Part shown: positions 14,025 through 26,989 of the stretch, piece after piece
Layout of the letters: every line of letters begins with the position of its first letter
Numbering within the stretch: the stretch's first letter is position 1
Source: Eledone cirrhosa
Taxonomy: Eukaryota
DNA length: 64,000 bases
Direction of reading: 5' to 3'
Assembly: GCA_964016885.1 (NCBI GenBank)
Contig: OZ024740.1
Location: 415,524,001 to 415,588,000, forward strand
Notes under the pieces: model-generated
What the model was told of the DNA's origin: nothing
Seen by the model: only the letters and a program-made list of their open reading frames with translations
Databases searched by the model: none
Program-made: the position numbers and the translations under genes

Positions 14025-17000
14025 GACAGTGAATCAGATATAGTGTGTAAGAGAGAACACTGTGGGTATGGACATATGTTGTGTATGGGGGATGACAGTG
14101 AATCAGATATAGTGTGTAAGAGAGAACACTGTGGGTATGGACATATGTTGTGTATGGGGGATGACATTAAATCAGATATAGAGTGTAAGAGAGAACACTG
14201 TGGGTATGGACATATGTTGTGTATGGGGGATGACAGTGAATAACATATAGTGTGTAAGAGAGAACACTGTGGGTATGGACATATGTTGTGTATGGGGGAT
14301 GACAGTGAATCAGATATAGTGTGTAAGAGAGAACACTGTGGGTATGGACATATGTTGTGTATGGGGGATGACAGTAAATCAGATATAGAGTGTAAGAGAG
14401 AACACTGTGGGTATGGACATATGTTGTGTATGGGGGATGACAGTGAATAAGATATAGTGTGTAAGAGAGAACACTGTGGGTATGGACATATGTTGTGTAT
14501 GGGGGATGACAGTGAATCAGATATAGTGTGTAAGAGAGAACACAGTGGGTATGGACATATGTTGTGTATGGGGGATGACAGTGAATCAGATATAGTGTGT
14601 AAGAAAGAACACTGTGGGTATGGACATATGTTGTGTATGGGGGATGACAGTGAATCAGATATAGTGTGTAAGAGAGAACACTGTGGGTATGGACATATGT
14701 TGTGTATGGGGGAAGACAGTGAATCAGATATAGAGTGTAAGAGAGAACACTGTGGGTATGGACATATGTTGTGTATGGGGGATGACAGTGAATCAGATAT
14801 AGTGTGTAAGAGAGAACACTGTGGGTATGGACATATGTTGTGTATGGGGGATGACAGTGAATCTGATATAGAGTGTAAGAGAGAACACTGTGGGTATGGA
14901 CATATGTTGTGTATGGGGGATGACAGTGAATCAGATATAGAGTGTAAGAGAGAACACTGTGGGTATGGACATATGTTGTGTATGGGGGATGACAGTGAAT
15001 CAGATACAGTGTGTAAGAGAGAACACTGTGGGTATGGACATATGTTGTGTATGGGGGATGACAGTGAATCAGAAATAGTGTGTAAGAGAGAACACTGTGG
15101 GTATGGACATATGTTGTGTATGGGGGATGACAGTGAATAAGATATAGTGTGTAAGAGAGAACACTGTTGGTATGGACATATGTTGTGTATTGGGGATGAC
15201 AGTAAATCAGATATAGAGTGTAAGAGAGAACACTGTGTGTATGGACATATGTTGTGTATGGGGGATGACAGTGAAAAAGATATAGTGTGTAAGAGAGAAC
15301 ACTGTGGGTATGGACATATGTTGTGTATGGGGGATGACAGTGAAAAAGATATAGTGTGTAAGAGAGAACACTGTGGGTATGGACATATGTTGTGTATGGG
15401 GGAAGACAGTGAATCAGATATAGTGTGTAAGAGTGAACACTGTGGGTATGGATATATGTTGTGTATGGGGGATGACAGTGAATCAGATATAGTATGTAAG
15501 AGAGAACACTGTGGGTATGGACATATGTTGTGTATGGAGGAAGACAGTGAATCAGATATAGTGTGTAAGAGAGAACACTGTGGGTATGGACATATGTTGT
15601 GTATGGGGGATGACAGTGAATAAGATATAGTGTGTAAGAGAGAACACTGTTGGTATGGACATATGTTGTGTATTGGGGATGACAGTAAATCAGATATAGA
15701 GTGTAAGAGAGAACACTGTGTGTATGGACATATGTTGTGTATGGGGGATGACAGTGAAAAAGATATAGTGTGTAAGAGAGAACACTGTGGGTATGGACAT
15801 ATGTTGTGTATGGGGGATGACAGTGAAAAAGATATAGTGTGTAAGAGAGAACACTGTGGGTATGGACATATGGTGTGTATGGGGGATGACGGTGAATCAG
15901 ATATAGTGTGTAAGAGAGAACACTGTGGGTATGGACATATGTTGTGTATGGGGGATGACAGTAAATCAGATATAGAGTGTAAGAGAGAACACTGTGGGTA
16001 TGGACATATGTTGTGTATGGGGGATGACAGTGAATAACATATAGTGTGTAAGAGAGAACACTGTGGGTATGGACATATGTTGTGTATGGGGGATGACAGT
16101 GAATCAGATATAGTGTGTAAGAGAGAACACTGTGGGTATGGACATATGTTGTGTATGGGGGATGACAGTAAATCAGATATAGAGTGTAAGAGAGAACACT
16201 GTGGGTATGGACATATGTTGTGTATGGGGGATGACAGTGAATAAGATATAGTGTGTAAGAGAGAACACTGTGGGTATGGACATATGTTGTGTATGGGGGA
16301 TGACAGTGAATCAGATATAGTGTGTAAGAGAGAACACAGTGGGTATGGACATATGTTGTGTATGGGGGATGACAGTGAATCAGATATAGTGTGTAAGAGA
16401 GAACACTGTGGGTATGGACATATGTTGTGTATGGTGGATGACAGTGACTCAGATATAGTGTGTAAGAGAGAACACTGTGGGTATGGACATATGTTGTGTA
16501 TGGGGGAAGACAGTGAATCAGATATAGAACGTAAGAGAGAACACTGTGGGTATGGACATATGTTGTGTATGGGGGATGACAGTGAATCAGATATAGTGTG
16601 TAAGAGAGAACACTGTGGGTATGGACATATGTTGTGTATGGGGGATGACAGTGAATCAGATATAGTGTGTAAGAGAGAACACTGTGGGTATGGACATATG
16701 TTGTGTATGGGGGATGACAGTGAATCAGATATAGTGTGTAAGAGAGAACACTGTGGGTATGGACATATGTTGTGTATGGGGGATGACATTAAATCAGATA
16801 TAGAGTGTAAGAGAGAACACTGTGGGTATGGACATATGTTGTGTATGGGGGATGACAGTGAATAACATATAGTGTGTAAGAGAGAACACTGTGGGTATGG
16901 ACATATGTTGTGTATGGGGGATGACAGTGAATCAGATATAGTGTGTAAGAGAGAACACTGTGGGTATGGACATATGTTGTGTATGGGGGATGACAGTAAA

Positions 17001-19218
17001 TCAGATATAGAGTGTAAGAGAGAACACTGTGGGTATGGACATATGTTGTGTATGGGGGATGACAGTGAATAAGATATAGTGTGTAAGAGAGAACACTGTG
17101 GGTATGGACATATGTTGTGTATGGGGGATGACAGTGAATCAGATATAGTGTGTAAGAGAGAACACAGTGGGTATGGACATATGTTGTGTATGGGGGATGA
17201 CAGTGAATCAGATATAGTGTGTAAGAAAGAACACTGTGGGTATGGACATATGTTGTGTATGGGGGATGACAGTGAATCAGATATAGTGTGTAAGAGAGAA
17301 CACTGTGGGTATGGACATATGTTGTGTATGGGGGAAGACAGTGAATCAGATATAGAGTGTAAGAGAGAACACTGTGGGTATGGACATATGTTGTGTATGG
17401 GGGATGACAGTGAATCAGATATAGTGTGTAAGAGAGAACACTGTGGGTATGGACATATGTTGTGTATGGGGGATGACAGTGAATCTGATATAGAGTGTAA
17501 GAGAGAACACTGTGGGTATGGACATATGTTGTGTATGGGGGATGACAGTGAATCAGATATAGAGTGTAAGAGAGAACACTGTGGGTATGGACATATGTTG
17601 TGTATGGGGGATGACAGTGAATCAGATACAGTGTGTAAGAGAGAACACTGTGGGTATGGACATATGTTGTGTATGGGGGATGACAGTGAATCAGAAATAG
17701 TGTGTAAGAGAGAACACTGTGGGTATGGACATATGTTGTGTATGGGGGATGACAGTGAATAAGATATAGTGTGTAAGAGAGAACACTGTTGGTATGGACA
17801 TATGTTGTGTATTGGGGATGACAGTAAATCAGATATAGAGTGTAAGAGAGAACACTGTGTGTATGGACATATGTTGTGTATGGGGGATGACAGTGAAAAA
17901 GATATAGTGTGTAAGAGAGAACACTGTGGGTATGGACATATGTTGTGTATGGGGGATGACAGTGAAAAAGATATAGTGTGTAAGAGAGAACACTGTGGGT
18001 ATGGACATATGTTGTGTATGGGGGAAGACAGTGAATCAGATATAGTGTGTAAGAGTGAACACTGTGGGTATGGATATATGTTGTGTATGGGGGATGACAG
18101 TGAATCAGATATAGTATGTAAGAGAGAACACTGTGGGTATGGACATATGTTGTGTATGGAGGAAGACAGTGAATCAGATATAGTGTGTAAGAGAGAACAC
18201 TGTGGGTATGGACATATGTTGTGTATGGGGGATGACAGTGAATAAGATATAGTGTGTAAGAGAGAACACTGTTGGTATGGACATATGTTGTGTATTGGGG
18301 ATGACAGTAAATCAGATATAGAGTGTAAGAGAGAACACTGTGTGTATGGACATATGTTGTGTATGGGGGATGACAGTGAAAAAGATATAGTGTGTAAGAG
18401 AGAACACTGTGGGTATGGACATATGTTGTGTATGGGGGATGACAGTGAAAAAGATATAGTGTGTAAGAGAGAACACTGTGGGTATGGACATATGGTGTGT
18501 ATGGGGGATGACGGTGAATCAGATATAGTGTGTAAGAGAGAACACTGTGGGTATGGACATATGTTGTGTATGGGGGATGACAGTAAATCAGATATAGAGT
18601 GTAAGAGAGAACACTGTGGGTATGGACATATGTTGTGTATGGGGGATGACAGTGAATAACATATAGTGTGTAAGAGAGAACACTGTGGGTATGGACATAT
18701 GTTGTGTATGGGGGATGACAGTGAATCAGATATAGTGTGTAAGAGAGAACACTGTGGGTATGGACATATGTTGTGTATGGGGGATGACAGTAAATCAGAT
18801 ATAGAGTGTAAGAGAGAACACTGTGGGTATGGACATATGTTGTGTATGGGGGATGACAGTGAATAAGATATAGTGTGTAAGAGAGAACACTGTGGGTATG
18901 GACATATGTTGTGTATGGGGGATGACAGTGAATCAGATATAGTGTGTAAGAGAGAACACAGTGGGTATGGACATATGTTGTGTATGGGGGATGACAGTGA
19001 ATCAGATATAGTGTGTAAGAGAGAACACTGTGGGTATGGACATATGTTGTGTATGGTGGATGACAGTGACTCAGATATAGTGTGTAAGAGAGAACACTGT
19101 GGGTATGGACATATGTTGTGTATGGGGGAAGACAGTGAATCAGATATAGAACGTAAGAGAGAACACTGTGGGTATGGACATATGTTGTGTATGGGGGATG
19201 ACAGTGAATCAGATATAG
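14025..19218. repeat. Second copy of the 38-unit tandem pair, inside the second 7033-bp block
   Basis: ORF starts 14250/16872, 14457/17079, 15147/17769 and 15630/18252 are offset by 2622, with the same rare variants as 6992-12185. Confidence 0.93.
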
Positions 19219-19523
19219 CGTGTAAGAGAGAACACTGTGGGTATGGACATATGTTGTGTATGGGGGATGACAGTGAATCAGATATAGTGTGTAAGAGAGA
19301 ACACTGTGGGTATGGACATATGTTGTGTATGGGGGAAGACAGTGAATCTGATATAGAGTGTAAGAGAGAACACTGTGGGTATGGACATATGTTGTGTATG
19401 GGGGATGACAGTGAATCAGATATAGAGTGTAAGAGAGAACACTGTGGGTATGGACATATGTTGTGTATGGGGGATGACAGTGAATCAGATACAGTGTGTA
19501 AGAGAGAACACTGTGGGTATGGA

Positions 19524-19533
19524 CATATGTATG
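19524..19533. other. Second copy of the 5-bp deletion unit
   Basis: CATATGTATG at 19524-19533, exactly 7033 bp after the first. Confidence 0.97.
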
Positions 19534-19559
19534 GGGGATGACAGTGAATCAGAAATAGT

Positions 19560-22500
19560 GTGTAAGAGAGAACACTGTGGGTATGGACATATGTTGTGTA
19601 TGGGGGATGACAGTGAATAAGATATAGTGTGTAAGAGAGAACACTGTTGGTATGGACATATGTTGTGTATTGGGGATGACAGTAAATCAGATATAGAGTG
19701 TAAGAGAGAACACTGTGTGTATGGACATATGTTGTGTATGGGGGATGACAGTGAAAAAGATATAGTGTGTAAGAGAGAACACTGTGGGTATGGACATATG
19801 TTGTGTATGGGGGATGACAGTGAAAAAGATATAGTGTGTAAGAGAGAACACTGTGGGTATGGACATATGTTGTGTATGGGGGAAGACAGTGAATCAGATA
19901 TAGTGTGTAAGAGTGAACACTGTGGGTATGGATATATGTTGTGTATGGGGGATGACAGTGAATCAGATATAGTATGTAAGAGAGAACACTGTGGGTATGG
20001 ACATATGTTGTGTATGGAGGAAGACAGTGAATCAGATATAGTGTGTAAGAGAGAACACTGTGGGTATGGACATATGTTGTGTATGGGGGATGACAGTGAA
20101 TCAGATATAGTGTGTAAGAGAGAACACTGTGGGTATGGACATATGTTGTGTATGGGGGATGACAGTAAATCAGATATAGAGTGTAAGAGAGAACACTGTG
20201 TGTATGGACATATGTTGTGTATGGGAGATGACAGTAAATCAGATATAGTGTGTAAGAGAGAACACTGTGGGTATGGACATATGTTGTGTATGGGGGATGA
20301 CAGTGAAAAAGATATAGTGTGTAAGAGAGAACACTGTGGGTATGGACATATGTTGTGTATGGGGGAAGACAGTGAATCAGATATAGTGTGTAAGAGTGAA
20401 CACTGTGGGTATGGATATATGTTGTTTTTGTGGGATGACAGTGAATCAGGTATAGTATGTAAGAGAGAACACTGTGGGTATGGACATATGTTGTGTATGG
20501 GGGAAGACAGTGAATCAGATATAGTGTGTAAGAGAGAACACTGTGGGTATGGACATATGTTGTGTATGGGGGATGACAGTGAATCAGATATAGTGTGTAA
20601 GAGAGAACACTGTGGGTATGGACATATGTTGTGTATGGGGGATGACAGTAAATCAGATATAGAGTGTAAGAGAGAACACTGTGGGTATGGACATATGTTG
20701 TGTATGGGGGATGACAGTGAATAACATATAGTGTGTAAGAGAGAACACTGTGGGTATGGACATATGTTGTGTATGGGGGATGACAGTGAATCAGATATAG
20801 TGTGTAAGAGAGAACACTGTGGGTATGGACATATGTTGTGTATGGGGGATGACAGTAAATCAGATATAGAGTGTAAGAGAGAACACTGTGGGTATGGACA
20901 TATGTTGTGTATGGGGGATGACAGTGAATAAGATATAGTGTGTAAGAGAGAACACTGTGGGTATGGACATATGTTGTGTATGGGGGATGACAGTGAATCA
21001 GATATAGTGTGTAAGAGAGAACACTGTGGGTATGGACATATGTTGTGTATGGGGGAAGACAGTGAATCATATATAGAGTGTAAGAGAGAACACTGTGGGT
21101 ATGGACATATGTTCTGTATGGGGGATGACAGTGAATCAGATATAATGTGTAAGAGAGAACACTGTGGGTATGGACATATGTTGTGTATGGGGGATGACAG
21201 TGAATCAGATATAGCGTGTAAGAGAGAACACTGTGGGTATGGACATATGTTGTGTATGGGGGATGACAGTGAATCAGATATAGCATGTAAGAGAGAACAC
21301 TGTGGGTATGGACATATGTTGTGTATGGGGGAAGACAGTGAATCAGATAAAGTGTGTAAGAGAGAACACTGTGGGTATGGACATATGTTGTGTATGGGGG
21401 ATGACAGTGAATCAGATATAGTCTGTAAGAGAGAACACTGTGGGTATGGACATATGTTGTGTATGGGGGAAGACAGTGAATCTGATATAGAGTGTAAGAG
21501 AGAACACTGTGGGTATGGACATATGTTGTGTATGGGGGATGACAGTGAATAAGATATAGTGTGTAAGAGAGAACACTGTGGGTATGGACATATGTTGTGT
21601 ATGGGGGATGACAGTGAATCAGATATAGTGTGTAAGAGAGAACACAGTGGGTATGGACATATGTTGTGTATGGGGGATGACAGTGAATCAGATATAGTGT
21701 GTAAGAGAGAACACTGTGGGTATGGACATATGTTGTGTATGGTGGATGACAGTGACTCAGATATAGTGTGTAAGAGAGAACACTGTGGGTATGGACATAT
21801 GTTGTGTATGGGGGAAGACAGTGAATCAGATATAGAGTGTAAGAGAGAACACTGTGGGTATGGACATATGTTGTGTATGGGGGATGACAGTGAATCAGAT
21901 ATAGTGTGTAAGAGAGAACACTGTGGGTATGGACATATGTTGTGTATGGGGGATGACAGTGAATCAGATATAGTGTGTAAGAGAGAACACTGTGGGTATG
22001 GACATATGTTGTGTATGGGGGAAGACAGTGAATCTGATATAGAGTGTAAGAGAGAACGCTGTGGGTATGGACATATGTTGTGTATGGGGGATGACAGTGA
22101 ATCAGATATAGAGTGTAAGAGAGAACACTGTGGGTATGGACATATGTTGTGTATGGGGGATGACAGTGAATCAGATACAGTGTGTAAGAGAGAACACTGT
22201 GGGTATGGACATATGTTGTGTATGGGGGATGACAGTGAATCAGAAATAGTGTGTAAGAGAGAACACTGTGGGTATGGACATATGTTGTGTATGGGGGATG
22301 ACAGTGAATAAGATATAGTGTGTAAGAGAGAACACTGTTGGTATGGACATATGTTGTGTATTGGGGATGACAGTAAATCAGATATAGAGTGTAAGAGAGA
22401 ACACTGTGTGTATGGACATATGTTGTGTATGGGGGATGACAGTGAAAAAGATATAGTGTGTAAGAGAGAACACTGTGGGTATGGACATATGTTGTGTATG

Positions 22501-23950
22501 GGGGATGACAGTGAAAAAGATATAGTGTGTAAGAGAGAACACTGTGGGTATGGACATATGTTGTGTATGGGGGAAGACAGTGAATCAGATATAGTGTGTA
22601 AGAGTGAACACTGTGGGTATGGATATATGTTGTGTATGGGGGATGACAGTGAATCAGATATAGTATGTAAGAGAGAACACTGTGGGTATGGACATATGTT
22701 GTGTATGGAGGAAGACAGTGAATCAGATATAGTGTGTAAGAGAGAACACTGTGGGTATGGACATATGTTGTGTATGGGGGATGACAGTGAATCAGATATA
22801 GTGTGTAAGAGAGAACACTGTGGGTATGGACATATGTTGTGTATGGGGGATGACAGTAAATCAGATATAGAGTGTAAGAGAGAACACTGTGTGTATGGAC
22901 ATATGTTGTGTATGGGAGATGACAGTAAATCAGATATAGTGTGTAAGAGAGAACACTGTGGGTATGGACATATGTTGTGTATGGGGGATGACAGTGAAAA
23001 AGATATAGTGTGTAAGAGAGAACACTGTGGGTATGGACATATGTTGTGTATGGGGGAAGACAGTGAATCAGATATAGTGTGTAAGAGTGAACACTGTGGG
23101 TATGGATATATGTTGTTTTTGTGGGATGACAGTGAATCAGATATAGTATGTAAGAGAGAACACTGTGGGTATGGACATATGTTGTGTATGGGGGAAGACA
23201 GTGAATCAGATATAGTGTGTAAGAGAGAACACTGTGGGTATGGACATATGTTGTGTATGGGGGATGACAGTGAATCAGATATAGTGTGTAAGAGAGAACA
23301 CTGTGGGTATGGACATATGTTGTGTATGGGGGATGACAGTAAATCAGATATAGAGTGTAAGAGAGAACACTGTGGGTATGGACATATGTTGTGTATGGGG
23401 GATGACAGTGAATAACATATAGTGTGTAAGAGAGAACACTGTGGGTATGGACATATGTTGTGTATGGGGGATGACAGTGAATCAGATATAGTGTGTAAGA
23501 GAGAACACTGTGGGTATGGACATATGTTGTGTATGGGGGATGACAGTAAATCAGATATAGAGTGTAAGAGAGAACACTGTGGGTATGGACATATGTTGTG
23601 TATGGGGGATGACAGTGAATAAGATATAGTGTGTAAGAGAGAACACTGTGGGTATGGACATATGTTGTGTATGGGGGATGACAGTGAATCAGATATAGTG
23701 TGTAAGAGAGAACACTGTGGGTATGGACATATGTTGTGTATGGGGGAAGACAGTGAATCAGATATAGAGTGTAAGAGAGAACACTGTGGGTATGGACATA
23801 TGTTCTGTATGGGGGATGACAGTGAATCAGATATAGTGTGTAAGAGAGAACACTGTGGGTATGGACATATGTTGTGTATGGGGGATGACAGTGAATCAGA
23901 TATAGCATGTAAGAGAGAACACTGTGGGTATGGACATATGTTGTGTATGG
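19560..23950. repeat. Imperfect 39-unit (2691 bp) higher-order duplication
   Basis: ORF starts 19627/22318, 20731/23422 and 20938/23629 are offset by 2691. Shared TTCTGT variant (~21114/~23805). Copies differ at several positions and boundaries are approximate. Confidence 0.85.
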
Positions 23951-26900
23951 GGGAAGACAGTGAATCAGATATAGTGTGTAAGAGAGAACACTGTGGGTAT
24001 GGACATATGTTGTGTATGGGGGATGACAGTGAATCAGATATAGTGTGTAAGAGAGAACACTGTGGGTATGGACATATGTTGTGTATGGGGGAAGACAGTG
24101 AATCTGATATAGAGTGTAAGAGAGAACACTGTGGGTATGGACATATGTTGTGTATGGGGGATGACAGTGAATCAGATACAGTGTGTAAGAGAGAACACTG
24201 TGGGTATGGACATATGTTGTGTATGGGGGATGACAGTGATTCAGAAATAGTGTGTAAGAGAGAACACTGTGGGTATGGACATATGTTGTGTATGGGGGAT
24301 GACAGTGAATAAGATATAGTGTGTAAGAGAGAACACTGTTGGTATGGACATATGTTGTGTATTGGGGATGACAGTAAATCAGATATAGAGTGTAAGAGAG
24401 AACACTGTGTGTATGGACATATGTTGTGTATGGGGGATGACAGTGAAAAAGATATAGTGTGTAAGAGAGAACACTGTGGGTATGGACATATGTTGTGTAT
24501 GGGGGATGACAGTGAAAAAGATATAGTGTGTAAGAGAGAACACTGTGGGTATGGACATATGTTGTGTATGGGGGATGACAGTGAATCAGATATAGTGTGT
24601 AAGAGAGAACACTGTGGGTATGGACATATGTTGTATATGGGGGATGACAGTGAATCAGATATAGTGTGTAAGAGAGAACACTGTGGGTATGGACATATGT
24701 TGTGTATGGGGGATGACAGTGAATAACATATAGTGTGTAAGAGAGAATACTGTGGGTATGGACATATGTTGTGTATGGGGGATGACAGTGAATCAGATAT
24801 AGTGTGTAAGAGAGAACACTGTGGGTATGGACATATGTTGTGTATGGGGGATGACAGTAAATCAGATATAGAGTGTAAGAGAGAACACTGTGGGTATGGA
24901 CATATGTTGTGTATGGGGGATGACAGTGAATAAGATATAGTGTGTAAGAGAGAACACTGTGGGTATGGACATATGTTGTGTATGGGGGATGACAGTGAAA
25001 AAGATATAGTGTGTAAGAGAGAACACTGTGGGTATGGACATATGTTGTGTATGGGGGAAGACAGTGAATCAGATATAGTGTGTAAGAGTGAACACTGTGG
25101 GTATGGATATATGTTGTGTATGGGGGATGACAGTGAATCAGATATAGCATGTAAGAGAGAACACTGTGGGTATGGACATATGTTGTGTATGGGGGAAGAC
25201 AGTGAATCAGATATAGTGTGTAAGAGAGAACACTGTGGGTATGGACATATGTTGTGTATGGGGGATGACAGTGAATCAGATATAGTGTGTAAGAGAGAAC
25301 ACTGTGGGTATGGACATATGTTGTGTATGGGGGAAGACAGTGAATCTGATATAGAGTGTAAGAGAGAACACTGTGGGTATGGACATATGTTGTGTATGGG
25401 GGATGACAGTGAATCAGATACAGTGTGTAAGAGAGAACACTGTGGGTATGGACATATGTTGTGTATGGGGGATGACAGTGATTCAGAAATAGTGTGTAAG
25501 AGAGAACACTGTGGGTATGGACATATGTTGTGTATGGGGGATGACAGTGAATAAGATATAGTGTGTAAGAGAGAACACTGTTGGTATGGACATATGTTGT
25601 GTATTGGGGATGACAGTAAATCAGATATAGAGTGTAAGAGAGAACACTGTGTGTATGGACATATGTTGTGTATGGGGGATGACAGTGAAAAAGATATAGT
25701 GTGTAAGAGAGAACACTGTGGGTATGGACATATGTTGTGTATGGGGGATGACAGTGAAAAAGATATAGTGTGTGAGAGAGAACACTGTGGGTATGGACAT
25801 ATGTTGTGTATGGGGGATGACAGTGAATCAGATATAGTATGTAAGAGAGAACACTGTGGGTATGGACATATGTTGTGTATGGAGGAAGACAGTGAATCAG
25901 ATATAGTGTGTAAGAGAGAACACTGTGGGTATGGACATATGTTGTATATGGGGGATGACAGTGAATCAGATATAGTGTGTAAGAGAGAACACTGTGGGTA
26001 TGGACATATGTTGTGTATGGGGGATGACAGTGAATAACATATAGTGTGTAAGAGAGAACACTGTGGGTATGGACATATGTTGTGTATGGGGGATGACAGT
26101 GAATCAGATATAGTGTGTAAGAGAGAACACTGTGGGTATGGACATATGTTGTGTATGGGGGATGACAGTAAATCAGATATAGAGTGTAAGAGAGAACACT
26201 GTGGGTATGGACATATGTTGTGTATGGGGGATGACAGTGAATAAGATATAGTGTGTAAGAGAGAACACTGTGGGTATGGACATATGTTGTGTATGGGGGA
26301 TGACAGTGAATCAGATACAGTGTGTAAGAGAGAACACTGTGGGTATGGACATATGTTGTGTATGGGAGATGACATTAAATCAGATATAGTGTGTAAGAGA
26401 GAACACTGTGGGTATGGACATATGTTGTGTATGGGGGATGACAGTGAAAAAGATATAGTGTGTAAGAGAGAACACTGTGGGTATGGACATATGTTGTGTA
26501 TGGGGGAAGACAGTGAATCAGATATAGTGTGTAAGAGTGAACACTGTGGGTATGGATATATGTTGTGTATGGGGGATGACAGTGAATCAGATATAGTATG
26601 TAAGAGAGAACACTGTGGGTATGGACATATGTTGTGTATGGGGGATGACAGTGAATAACATATAGTGTGTAAGAGAGAACACTGTGGGTATGGACATATG
26701 TTGTGTATGGAGGATGACAGTGAAAAAGATATAGTGTGTAAGAGAGAACACTGTGGGTATGGACATATGTTGTGTATGGGGGAAGACAGTGAATCAGATA
26801 TAGTGTGTAAGAGTGAACACTGTGGGTATGGATATATGTTGTTTTTGTGGGATGACAGTGAATCAGATATAGTATGTAAGAGAGAACACTGTGGGTATGG

Positions 26901-26989
26901 ACATATGTTGTGTATGGGGGAAGACAGTGAATCAGATATAGTGTGTAAGAGAGAACACTGTGGGTATGGACATATGTTGTGTATGGGGG

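Larger units (their letters stand above)
6737..20797. repeat. Tandem segmental duplication of 7033 bp (102 units minus 5 bp): 6737-13764 and 13770-20797
   Basis: ORF starts 7217/14250, 8114/15147, 9839/16872, 11840/18873 and 12594/19627 are all offset by 7033 with identical translations. Both copies carry the 5-bp deletion (~12496/~19529) and the TCAGGT variant (~13417/~20450). Confidence 0.95.
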
